Source: Spirochaeta sp. UBA5339
Lineage (GTDB): Bacteria > Spirochaetota > Spirochaetia > DSM-2461
Length of the DNA: 64,000 bases
Reading direction: 5' to 3'
NCBI GenBank assembly: GCA_002408085.1
Contig: DHQL01000013.1
Coordinates: 100,711 to 164,710, forward strand
The translations under genes were made by a program, and so were the position numbers. Below the pieces are notes generated by a model. The model was not told where the DNA came from, did not search any database, and saw only the letters and a program-made list of their open reading frames with translations. Positions 1-8,891 of the stretch are shown in pieces. Each line of letters opens with the position of its first letter. Position 1 is the first letter of the stretch.

Positions 1-342
1 TGTGGGGATGGCAGCAAGAAGTCCTGAAGAAACCAGTGCGGGAACCAGGAAGCTGTCCACATGAACCACATCGATGGAGCTGTCGGACTGGAGCATCAGA
101 GCAGACTTTGTATTATAGTCCGCTTCGTTACTCAGGTTGGCAGAAAGTTCAACAGTTACTTCGGGGTGAAGGGCTTCAAAGTCGGCCTTGGCCTGTGTCA
201 TCCATTTTGTCATGGCTTCGTTTCCGCCGGGTTCTTTGTAGACAACCTTCAGGGTTGTTCCACCGTTTTCATCTGTCTGGCCGTTGCCGAAGACAGAGAA
301 AGATACCAGGGCTATCAAAGCCGCCAGAATTATTTTCTTCAT
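1..342 (-). CDS. Sugar ABC transporter extracellular solute-binding protein (5' part; runs off the left edge)
   Basis: Not in ORF track. Manual translation from ATG at 342: MKKIILAALIALVSFSVFGNGQTDENGGTTLKVVYKEPGG...FEALHPEVTVEL...IDVVHVDS, with a signal peptide and SBP family 1-like N-terminus; purine-rich SD upstream. Confidence 0.8.
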   Translation of the reverse strand, partial: MKKIILAALIALVSFSVFGNGQTDENGGTTLKVVYKEPGGNEAMTKWMTQAKADFEALHPEVTVELSANLSNEADYNTKSALMLQSDSSIDVVHVDSFLVPALVSSGLLAAIPT

Positions 343-435
343 AATTCTTCCTCTCTTTATTCTTTAAGGTTTTTTAGACAATAAATGTGAAATGTATCTT
401 TTGTCAATTAAAAAGTTTTAAAAGTTTTATGTAGG

Positions 436-449
436 TATACAATAATACA
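436..449. promoter_or_regulatory. Candidate operator for the adjacent AraR-like regulator
   Basis: TATACAATAATACA is the exact reverse complement of TGTATTATTGTATA at 1593-1606 upstream of the regulator gene. Confidence 0.5.
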
Positions 450-450
450 T

Positions 451-1578
451 TTATCTTGAAACTGATCGGATGGATTCACCCTCTATCAGCTGTACAGGGA
501 GGATCTTTCTGATGGATTCCCTGCTGCCGTCGATGATTTTGTGAAGGCTCTTCATTGCGGAGCTTCCGATAAGCCTTTCATCCTGTTCCAGGTGAGTATA
601 GACATATCTGTGGAAGTGATCTGACGGGCTGTCGAAACAGATGATCGATACCTCTTCAGGGACCCGCTTACCGATTTCCTCCAGGGTTTTTGAGGCCACA
701 AGGGCAAGGTTGTATTCACTGGCAAAAACTGCGGTAGTTTCCGGATGTGATTCAAGAAAAGCCTTCAGAAGAGTCTTGTCTTTTTCAATGTTTTCCAGGG
801 AGTTTTTCTCCGGCATGGTACTCTGGAAGTCTTTCTGTATATACTCTTCAGGCAAGGAGATATCCTTCTGCTTCAGGGCGTCTCTAACTCCCTCGAGTCT
901 GTCTTCCAGGGTGGACGTATGAGCAACCGGCGGTGACATATAGAGTATGTTTCTATGACCCCGGTCAAAGAGGTAATTCATGCCTATTCTGGCACCGTTT
1001 CTGTTGTCTGATCCCACATAGGAGCACTTGAGCCCCTTCATCTCAAGGTCAATCAGTACAAAGGGGAACTCCTTCAGGGTAAGCTCCATTATTGCGGGGT
1101 TGTAATACTCTCCGTGCTGCGGGAGGATTATCAATCCTGTTGCCCCCAGTGCAAGCAGGTCCCGGACAGCTTTTTCCTCATTCTTCTGCTCCCCTTTGGT
1201 CAGCTTCATAACAAGGTAGAAGCCCATCTGTTCCGCCTGATGTTCAATGCCCTCCAGGAGCTTCATTCCATAACTGGAAGAAATTTCAGGCATAATCAGA
1301 CCGATCAGGCGGTTATATGTATTAGATGGGGTCATGGAGGATTCTCTGATCGGCTCTACCCCTCTCTTATAAGTTACAAAGCTTCCCTTTCCTCTCTGAC
1401 GGCTGATAAGACCCTGGTTGACCAGGAGTTCAAGGGCCTTGCGGATTGTTACACGGCTGACCTGATACAGTCTGGCTAAATCGAGTTCAGGTTCGAGAAG
1501 AGAGCCGTCCTGCAGCTCTCCCGATTTAATTTTGTTGAATAGTGTCTCATAGATCTGGTAATACTGTGGGTTTTCCAT
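451..1578 (-). CDS. GntR-HTH / LacI-type sugar-binding domain hybrid regulator (AraR-like)
   Basis: N-terminal GntR HTH (PELDLARLYQVSRVTIRKAL...RQRGKGSFV) plus periplasmic-binding-protein-like domain (VGSDN..GA, VPEEVSIICFD). Confidence 0.9.
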   Translation of the reverse strand: MENPQYYQIYETLFNKIKSGELQDGSLLEPELDLARLYQVSRVTIRKALELLVNQGLISRQRGKGSFVTYKRGVEPIRESSMTPSNTYNRLIGLIMPEISSSYGMKLLEGIEHQAEQMGFYLVMKLTKGEQKNEEKAVRDLLALGATGLIILPQHGEYYNPAIMELTLKEFPFVLIDLEMKGLKCSYVGSDNRNGARIGMNYLFDRGHRNILYMSPPVAHTSTLEDRLEGVRDALKQKDISLPEEYIQKDFQSTMPEKNSLENIEKDKTLLKAFLESHPETTAVFASEYNLALVASKTLEEIGKRVPEEVSIICFDSPSDHFHRYVYTHLEQDERLIGSSAMKSLHKIIDGSRESIRKILPVQLIEGESIRSVSR

Positions 1579-1587
1579 ATGCTGTCC

Positions 1588-1616
1588 TTATTTGTATTAT
1601 TGTATAATACAAATAA
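1588..1616. promoter_or_regulatory. Palindromic operator (likely autoregulatory)
   Basis: Perfect 12-bp arms TTATTTGTATTA-N5-TAATACAAATAA starting 10 bp upstream of the regulator start codon. Confidence 0.65.
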
Positions 1617-1689
1617 AAACATTAAGAGGCAATAAGGGGATAATATTCTTTACATCAATAACTTCTGCCGGTTCAGAGGCACCGGCCTT

Positions 1690-3924
1690 TCAGGAAAAAA
1701 TATCCTTCATCAGCAGGGCCAACTCATCCATTGTGAATGGTTTCTGGATAAAACTGTTTATACCCTGATGCTTCAGCTCTTCAAGGTCGTCCTCTTTGGT
1801 AAACCCGGAAGATACAACAATTTTGAGACCGGGACTGAGTTTTCTGAGCTCACAGACCAGTTCCCGACCACCCATTCGGGGCATTATCATATCTGTAATA
1901 ACCAGATCAATATTGTTGTCCCTGAATACTTTCAGGGCATCCATCCCGTCAACTGCGGTCAGAACGGTCATTCCCATCTCATTCAGAATCATGGTCGCGG
2001 TCTTTCTTATAATTTCTTCATCATCCACCAGAAGAACTACAGCATCTCCGCTCCAGGTAAGGTCTCTTGTTTCGGAATTATTTTCCATCTCCTTCTCTTC
2101 ACAGGGAAGATAGACATGAAACACTGTGCCTGTGCCCGGCTCACTGTAAACTGATATGGCTCCATTATGTTCCTGTACTGTTCCGAACACAGAAGAGAGA
2201 CCCAATCCGGTTCCCTTTCCGGTCTTCTTGGTAGTGAAGAAAGGTTCAAAAATTCTGTCCAGTATTTCAGGATCTATTCCTGATCCTGTATCTCTTATCT
2301 GCATCTCAATATACCGGCCGGCTTTTATATTAAAGGGACTCTGAGAGCAGTAGTACTCATCGAGAAACGTGTTTTTTGTCCTGATTGTAAGCAGTCCTCC
2401 TGTGGGCATGGCATGGGATGCATTGATAGCCATATTCATTATAAGGTTCTCAATTTTTGCTTCTGCACCACTGAACACTGTGTGTTCTGCTTCATCAACA
2501 ATGGAAATCCCGATTTTTCTGTCCAGAGTCCGTTTCAGGATTGATACTGTCCTGTAGATAATGCTGTGGAGATCGGCCGGTTCAAACTCCTTAACCGTCT
2601 TCCGGCTGAAGGACATCAGATTGGACACCAGATCCGAGGCCCTGCCCGAGGCATCCAGGATCAGATCCACAAGCTGACGGTTCTGATCATTTTCTGAGAG
2701 TCCGCTTTTCAGAAGGTCTGCCGCTGCAATGACCCCCCCCAGCATATTGTTGAAATCATGGGCTACTCCTCCCACAAGCTGTCCCAGGGCATCCATCTTC
2801 TGAAACTGGGTCATCTGTTCTTCCATTTTTTTCTTCTGGGAGACATCATCTATTCTCAATACAGCCCCGCTGCTGTTCTCCAGAGGATAGATGACCGTCT
2901 CATAATAACTTGATGGTCCCTTAAACTGTATGGAACTGATCTCCTGGATTATGTTTTCGGTAAGGGATTTGATTATGGTATTTCTTTCCCCTTCAAAAAC
3001 AGAAAAGGCCTCCCACAGGAGAGTCTCATCCGGAATATCTCCATGGGTATTGAGCAGTTCACGGGCTGTCTCGTTCATCATGGTGATCCGCCCGAGGCTG
3101 TCAAGACTGATGATGGCCGAGGGCATGGAGTCGATAATGTCTGAGATAAAGCTGCGGGCCCTGGTCAGGTCTTCCATTTTTTCATGGATTGAGTTCTGCA
3201 TGGCATTGAAGCTTCCCGCCAGAATCCCCAGTTCATCCTGTCTGTTGATGGAAATACCGGGACTCCATTCTCCTTCAGCCATAGCTATTGATGCTGCGGT
3301 CAGCTCCTTGACAGGCTTGAGAATCCTGATCAGAAGCAGTGTAATCAGGAAGATCAGAATACATGAAAAGATAAGGACAATGGCTATCTGAATTTGTCTG
3401 AAAGAGTAGAGGTCTCCATATTTTTCCCTGAGGGGAACTCCGTAGCAGATGACCCAGTCCCAGGGCTCAAACCGTTTGTAGACATACCATTTCTCAATAC
3501 CTTCATAGCTGGCATTGAAGTCACCCGAACTGTTTTCCAGGACCCTCCCGATCTGTGACATCAGTTCTTCAGAGGCCTTTGTTCCCGAAAGGTTGGGGTG
3601 GAGAAGGATATTCTGATCTGTATCAATGATAAAAGGATAGATTCCCTTTAGAATATCCCTGTAAAAGGTATTCCTCAGTTCTTTCAGGGCCGAGTTCTGA
3701 AAATCCTTCTCATAAGCTTCTCTGAGTCCAGTTATCTCCAAACGGCTCTCATCGATCATCAGTTCCAGCCAGATCATATCAAGCTTGTCCCTGTAGAGCT
3801 GGTTCTGGCTTTCATCAATAATGACCCTGAGTCTTCTGTCAGATATAAACAGAATGGCTGACATTGTTACGGCAAGAGAAAAGACAAAGGTTAACAGGAG
3901 TCTTTGGATTATCGATTTTCGCAA
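1690..3924 (-). CDS. Hybrid sensor histidine kinase / response regulator (TM-Cache-TM-HAMP-PAS-HisKA-HATPase-REC)
   Basis: H-box GGVAHDFNN, N-box NMAINA, G-boxes DTGSGI, FFTTK, GTGLGL; receiver LLVDDE...TDMIMPRMGG...KPF. Confidence 0.92.
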   Translation of the reverse strand: MRKSIIQRLLLTFVFSLAVTMSAILFISDRRLRVIIDESQNQLYRDKLDMIWLELMIDESRLEITGLREAYEKDFQNSALKELRNTFYRDILKGIYPFIIDTDQNILLHPNLSGTKASEELMSQIGRVLENSSGDFNASYEGIEKWYVYKRFEPWDWVICYGVPLREKYGDLYSFRQIQIAIVLIFSCILIFLITLLLIRILKPVKELTAASIAMAEGEWSPGISINRQDELGILAGSFNAMQNSIHEKMEDLTRARSFISDIIDSMPSAIISLDSLGRITMMNETARELLNTHGDIPDETLLWEAFSVFEGERNTIIKSLTENIIQEISSIQFKGPSSYYETVIYPLENSSGAVLRIDDVSQKKKMEEQMTQFQKMDALGQLVGGVAHDFNNMLGGVIAAADLLKSGLSENDQNRQLVDLILDASGRASDLVSNLMSFSRKTVKEFEPADLHSIIYRTVSILKRTLDRKIGISIVDEAEHTVFSGAEAKIENLIMNMAINASHAMPTGGLLTIRTKNTFLDEYYCSQSPFNIKAGRYIEMQIRDTGSGIDPEILDRIFEPFFTTKKTGKGTGLGLSSVFGTVQEHNGAISVYSEPGTGTVFHVYLPCEEKEMENNSETRDLTWSGDAVVLLVDDEEIIRKTATMILNEMGMTVLTAVDGMDALKVFRDNNIDLVITDMIMPRMGGRELVCELRKLSPGLKIVVSSGFTKEDDLEELKHQGINSFIQKPFTMDELALLMKDIFS

Positions 3925-3936
3925 CCGTCCGGCTCC

Positions 3937-4998
3937 CTACTCATCCAGCCAGTCACCGATCAGATGACTCCTCTCGATCAGTTCCATGGGGAAGATGATT
4001 CCCAGTTTTTTGGCCATTCCCATATTAAGATAAACCATGGATATTTTATTCCTCACCACAGGAATATTTCCGGGGGACTCTCCATTCAGAATCCGCAGGG
4101 CTGTGGACGCGGCATACTCTCCCTGTTCTTCCGCCACCAGGGCAAAGGACATAAGAACCCAGCTGGATGTCCACAGGTCCCAGGATCCTGTGGGAACTTC
4201 TGTTTTTTCCCTCAGAAAGTCCTGGTAGACATCGGTACTGCCGTCCCAGTCCTCAAGAGCGTTGGGGTAACCCACCAGGATTATGTCAGTCTCCTCCTGA
4301 AGGGTGAGGAAATCCTCTTTCCACTGGCTGATGGTTGTGGGAAATCTCTTGACGATGGCTGTACCCAGAAGTTTCTCGTAGTTCTCCGATTCCTTCCGGG
4401 ATGTGATCGTATTGTCCCTGATATAACCTATTCTGTCCCCTTTGCTGTACTTCTTCAGTTCTTCCACCATACTGTCTATCAGATTGATCTCTACCATGCC
4501 GGTGATATTTTCTGTGGGAAATCCGTATACCGAGGCATCCCAGTTGATTCCGCAGAACACAATGGGAATTTCAGAGTCCATAAGATGGGGGACAACCAGA
4601 TATTTTGCCGCATTGTCATCGCTGATTATAATTGCATCGGGATTCCACTGATCAATCAGAGCCAGAACCTCTTTGACCGCGCCATGGATGGCCTCTTCCG
4701 AGGGATTTCTTTTGGTCTTCATATGATAGATCTTCATTTCATAGGAACTGCGGCTGTTGTCGAGGTTCTCTTCTGAGTCCATTGAGATCTCCAGGGTATC
4801 CAGAATACCGCGGGTTATGCCCTGAACCCAGGGAAAATCCAGGTTGTAGGAGTCAATATAGAGTATCTTTTCTTTGGCAGAGGAGGCGGAAGGAAGGCTT
4901 TCATTAACTCTGGCTTCTTCTTTTTCAGAGCAGCCTGTAAAGAGGATAATGGTCAGGATAAATAGAAATACCGGTTTACGGACAGTGGAACTGTTCAT
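3937..4998 (-). CDS. ABC-type substrate-binding-like lipoprotein (ABC_sub_bind family), probable partner of the downstream kinase
   Basis: Lipobox LFTGC; motifs YIDSY...W, PDAIIISDDNA, PIVFCGIN, NITG, EQGEYAA, NMGMAKKLGI. Confidence 0.8.
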   Translation of the reverse strand: MNSSTVRKPVFLFILTIILFTGCSEKEEARVNESLPSASSAKEKILYIDSYNLDFPWVQGITRGILDTLEISMDSEENLDNSRSSYEMKIYHMKTKRNPSEEAIHGAVKEVLALIDQWNPDAIIISDDNAAKYLVVPHLMDSEIPIVFCGINWDASVYGFPTENITGMVEINLIDSMVEELKKYSKGDRIGYIRDNTITSRKESENYEKLLGTAIVKRFPTTISQWKEDFLTLQEETDIILVGYPNALEDWDGSTDVYQDFLREKTEVPTGSWDLWTSSWVLMSFALVAEEQGEYAASTALRILNGESPGNIPVVRNKISMVYLNMGMAKKLGIIFPMELIERSHLIGDWLDE

Positions 4999-5220
4999 TA
5001 ATGCCCTTCCTTAGTAATAATATTAATTGAGCATCAGCTCCTATTCCAGTTTAATTGACAAAAATAAAGGTTCCCGTCACCCGCATACAGGATACCCCTC
5101 CAAAGCAGATTCAGCAGTCAGTCAGGATAATTCGTGATTATTATTGTAAGGATATGGTAAGACGTGCAATCTTTTGTGGTATCTGTTTTATCTGGGATGT
5201 GAATCAGGAGAAATTGTTTA

Positions 5221-5340
5221 ATGGATAAAAGAAATGTTTTTGCCACAAGGTGGGGTATTATTGGTGTTGGAGCCGTTATCGGTATACTGGGTCTGAAGGA
5301 TCGGTTTCGTGTGCTCCGGGAGATCTCTCCTGACACCTAA
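5221..5340 (+). pseudogene. 39-codon ORF, possible truncated 5' remnant of a YedE-family (selenium-linked) transporter gene
   Basis: AGGAG SD at about 5206-5210; MDKRNVFATRWGIIGVGAVIGILGLKDRFRVLREISPDT*; the first ~23 aa resemble YedE-type N-termini as I recall them. Confidence 0.35.
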
Positions 5341-5654
5341 CCGGCAATCAGAGCGGGAATAAAGCCTGTCAGCAGACCCAAAACAACCATTGTCACGCAT
5401 ACCTGTATCATTGCAGCCCTGTCCAGTCTGTAGACAAGAAAGGAGAGGGGTGCAAAGACCAGAAGAGCAAAGAGCAGGCTGTTAAGAGCGGGAATCTTTA
5501 CCAGAGTCAGATTCCAGGAGAGAATGCCCACGCTGACCCACATTGAAAAGGCCGAAAGTATAAAGAGTCTGTCCAGTTTTTTAATAATCATCGGAATGAT
5601 ATCGACAAGTCCGGCTGCCGAGCCGATCAGTATAGAAATAAACACATTGTTCAT
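5337..5654 (-). CDS. Small 4-TM membrane protein, hypothetical
   Basis: Hydrophobic 105-aa ORF with AAGGAG SD; motif AGLVDIIPMI. Confidence 0.75.
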   Translation of the reverse strand: MNNVFISILIGSAAGLVDIIPMIIKKLDRLFILSAFSMWVSVGILSWNLTLVKIPALNSLLFALLVFAPLSFLVYRLDRAAMIQVCVTMVVLGLLTGFIPALIAG

Positions 5655-5708
5655 AAGTACTCCTTCGGGGTGTTAGACGGCGGCATCCCGGATGTGTAAC
5701 AGAAAATA

Positions 5709-6725
5709 TTATTTTTTTGCTTCTTCAGCAGCCTTTTCCGATGCCTCGATGACCCTGTCACACCACAAGTCAAACTCGGGGTCCTCTGTCTGGAGCTCCT
5801 TGTGGGCCAGAACATGTTCTATGGTCTGCCGGATGCCCTGATCAAAGCGGACGGTTGCTGTAAAACCGGGAACAAGGCGCTTCAGTTTGCTGTTGTCAAA
5901 GACGACGCTGTTGGCCTTGTCGCCGATCAGGGAACCTGTAAAGTCATAGCTGCTTGAGGCTGCCAGAAACTCACTTGACACATAGGACGCCATCAGTTCC
6001 CTTCCCAGGGCCGATGCAATGGACTGGTAGATCTGGTTCCAGGTCAGGGTCTCATCACTTGTAATCTGCACAGCCTCTCCCAGGGCGTGGATATTGCCCA
6101 TCAGACCGATAAAACCGCGGGCAAAATCGCTGCTGTGGGTCATGGTCCACAGGGAAGTTCCGTCTCCATGGATGATAACCTTCTTTCCCTCCAGTATACG
6201 TTTCGCCACCTGCCAGCTGCCGTTATTTCCATGAACCCCCAGAGGGATGGAGCGTTCGCAGTATGTGTGACTGGGCCGGACTATGGTCACCGGATATCCT
6301 GTCTCCCTGTACTGTTTCATAAGGTATTCTTCGCAGGCTATCTTGTTCCGGGAGTACTCCCAGTATGGATTCGCCAGAGGAGTTCCCTCATTGACTACAT
6401 AGTGAGAGAGGGGTTTCTGGTAGGCTGAGGCGGAGCTGATAAAGATGTATTGATCCGTTCTGCCGGCGAAGAGTTTATAATCCCTTTCCACCTGGTCCGG
6501 AGTAAAGGCAATAAAGTCGGCAACCGCATCAAATTTCATGTCGCCCAGCAGTTCTTTTACTTTGGATGTGTCATTGATGTCGGCAGTAAGGTAATGACAG
6601 TCCTTGTCATTAAAGAGTTTGCGGGTTCCTCTGTTGATCAGATAGAGTTCGTGTCCCTCTCTGATAAGCAGTCTTGATATTGCGGTGCTGATGGTTCCGG
6701 TACCGCCGATAAATAGTATGCGCAT
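5709..6725 (-). CDS. NAD-dependent epimerase/dehydratase (extended SDR)
   Basis: Start at MRILFIGGTGTIS with AGGAG SD; YIFISSAS, YSRNK catalytic motif, TIVRPSHTY. Confidence 0.88.
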   Translation of the reverse strand: MRILFIGGTGTISTAISRLLIREGHELYLINRGTRKLFNDKDCHYLTADINDTSKVKELLGDMKFDAVADFIAFTPDQVERDYKLFAGRTDQYIFISSASAYQKPLSHYVVNEGTPLANPYWEYSRNKIACEEYLMKQYRETGYPVTIVRPSHTYCERSIPLGVHGNNGSWQVAKRILEGKKVIIHGDGTSLWTMTHSSDFARGFIGLMGNIHALGEAVQITSDETLTWNQIYQSIASALGRELMASYVSSEFLAASSSYDFTGSLIGDKANSVVFDNSKLKRLVPGFTATVRFDQGIRQTIEHVLAHKELQTEDPEFDLWCDRVIEASEKAAEEAKK

Positions 6726-6893
6726 TATGTTTCTCCTTAGGACAGTGTATTGTAGCATGTTCACCTGCTTTTTGAATCGGGTTTTTTCTGATTTACAGTT
6801 CCTTGAAGGAGGCCGGTTCCGGGGAGGAAGGATATTGTATAAAAAACTTCAATATACTAATATCCCGGGAGATACAGATTTCAGGGAGCATTT

Positions 6894-7238
6894 ATGATCA
6901 TTTGGGGATTCAAAAAAAGAATCTATGACCAGACATTTTCCGGTACTGCGGAGTGTCCTTCCTGCAGGCAGAGAGATTTCCGGGTTCAAGGGGTGCTAAG
7001 GTATGTGCATCTCTTCTGGATACCCCTCTTCTCTTTTTCAAAGAAGCTGACTGCAGAGTGCCTGAAGTGCGGTTCTGTCTCCGGGAAAAAGGAATTGAAT
7101 GACGCCGGGTACAGTGAGATCAGAAAGGAGCTCTTTCCTCTTAAAAGAACCCTTGGGAAGAACTTCGGCATTCTCACAGCCGCTCTGGTATTTATCCTTT
7201 TCGGATTGATGGTTCTTGTTGTTGCAGTAATCTCCTGA
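6894..7238 (+). CDS. Zinc-ribbon protein with C-terminal TM helix
   Basis: MIIWG, CPSC...HLFWIPLF...CLKC, hydrophobic C-terminus. Confidence 0.75.
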   Translation: MIIWGFKKRIYDQTFSGTAECPSCRQRDFRVQGVLRYVHLFWIPLFSFSKKLTAECLKCGSVSGKKELNDAGYSEIRKELFPLKRTLGKNFGILTAALVFILFGLMVLVVAVIS

Positions 7239-7349
7239 TTCAGGGCAGACCATCTGTATTTGGTTTAGAATTAAAGTACAGGGATTCAGGGAAGTATCTA
7301 CTTTCTTTTGTCCCCATAACCGGAAAGAGTCACGTCAAGGAGCTGGATA

Positions 7350-7970
7350 ATGATTAGCCGAACAAACAGATCTGCACCGGACACAGACAATAAGGACACA
7401 GGTAAAAGGGACATTACCCCCAGGGAAGTCGCCGCAATGCTGAAAGAGGGTCTCTCCAAGGAGGAGGTTTATAAGGATCTCCATGAGCGAGTTGACCCGG
7501 AGACACTGGCCCGCATTCTTGCCAGCATTCCGGATAAGGGGCTATACAGAAAATATGGAAAACTGAACGGCCTGCTGGTTGCTCTTCTATGTCTGTCAGC
7601 TGCAGGTAAATTTCTTGAACTTCTGTTATATTTGATCAACAGGGATCTAAATCTTCTGCATCTGTTCTGGACGGCCCCTCTTGGACTTCTTTTCAATATG
7701 GTTCTTTTCTATATAGCCCTTAAAAGAATCGGAATAGCCTACAGGTTCCTGGGGGGCTTCGTTTTTCTGTCCATTCTTCCCTTGTTTGAGAGTGTCCGCA
7801 GGCTGACCTCTCCGGAGGATTTAGTTCTATTTGCTTCGGTTGTAGGTATGAACCTTGTAATCGGAGCTCTCTTTCTCTTTCTGGGCAGGAAGATGTTCCC
7901 CTATTTCCGTTTTATAAAAGTCAGCCGTGACAGTGAAGGGCTGATCATCTATACTGCCGGAAAAGAGTAA
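7350..7970 (+). CDS. Hypothetical membrane protein (about 4 TM)
   Basis: AAGGAG SD; soluble N-terminus followed by hydrophobic helices. Confidence 0.7.
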   Translation: MISRTNRSAPDTDNKDTGKRDITPREVAAMLKEGLSKEEVYKDLHERVDPETLARILASIPDKGLYRKYGKLNGLLVALLCLSAAGKFLELLLYLINRDLNLLHLFWTAPLGLLFNMVLFYIALKRIGIAYRFLGGFVFLSILPLFESVRRLTSPEDLVLFASVVGMNLVIGALFLFLGRKMFPYFRFIKVSRDSEGLIIYTAGKE

Positions 7971-7988
7971 TCCTGAAAGGGTAGTATT

Positions 7989-8831
7989 TTGAACAGAATC
8001 AACTTCTTTGCACCCCAGTGGCAGGGCTCCGGCCTTACCAGAGAACTGTATGACGGCGCTCTGGCCTTGAAAGACTTTATTTCACAAAACTATGATTTCA
8101 AGGTTCTTGAAATTCCTGTCCGACTTGATGGAACTCCCTTTGTGGAGAATGGAATTCTGGGATTCCGGGAGATAACCGCCCAGCTTATGGCTCTTCAGGA
8201 GGTTCTTGAGAGGGAAGAGGCGGAGAAAACTCTTCTTCTGGGTGGGGGCTGCGGTCTGGAAATCCCCTTTGTTTCCAGACATCTCTTTCATGACAGAGAC
8301 CTGGCTCTCTACTGGTTTGATGCCCATGGAGATCTCAACAGCCCGGAAACATCAACAAGCCATCACTTTCACGGCATGCCCCTTCGGTATCTGACACAGA
8401 ATCTGCCCCTTCATGATTCAATTAATATTCTTCGGGCGGATCCCTCAAGGGTTATTTTAATGGGGTCCAGAGATTTAGACACTCCTGAGGAACATTTTAT
8501 CCGGGAAAACAGTATCCGGGTGATGGGACCCGAGTGCTTTCCTCTTCACAGAGCCCTTGAAAATGAGGTACTTCCTTCTTCAGAAAGGGCCTATATTCAC
8601 ATTGACCTGGATGTTTTGGATCCTGCTGAGTTCCGGAATGTGAAATGTCCGGTGAGGGAGGGAATCACCCTGGAGGATCTGTGTGCTTCGGTAGAAAAAA
8701 TCAGTGAATTACATGAGGTTGCAGGCATCAGCATCCTTGAAAATACCGAGACCCGGCCGGCAGAGCTGGAATTGCTCCGGGATCTGCTGGATTCCTGTAT
8801 GAGAATTCTGGACAACAAACATTCCTGCTGA
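7989..8831 (+). CDS. Arginase/ureohydrolase family protein
   Basis: PQWQG, WFDAHGDLN, FHGMPL, GSRDLD, HIDLDVLDP motifs; TTG start. Confidence 0.85.
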   Translation: MNRINFFAPQWQGSGLTRELYDGALALKDFISQNYDFKVLEIPVRLDGTPFVENGILGFREITAQLMALQEVLEREEAEKTLLLGGGCGLEIPFVSRHLFHDRDLALYWFDAHGDLNSPETSTSHHFHGMPLRYLTQNLPLHDSINILRADPSRVILMGSRDLDTPEEHFIRENSIRVMGPECFPLHRALENEVLPSSERAYIHIDLDVLDPAEFRNVKCPVREGITLEDLCASVEKISELHEVAGISILENTETRPAELELLRDLLDSCMRILDNKHSC

Positions 8832-8891
8832 TTCCGGTAGATATTCCTGAATTATGATATTTTGAATCTATAATCGATTAAGGGGCCTTTT

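Noticed and set aside
36-384. Two + strand ORFs at the left edge
   Set aside because: The - strand frame 1-342 encodes a convincing solute-binding protein
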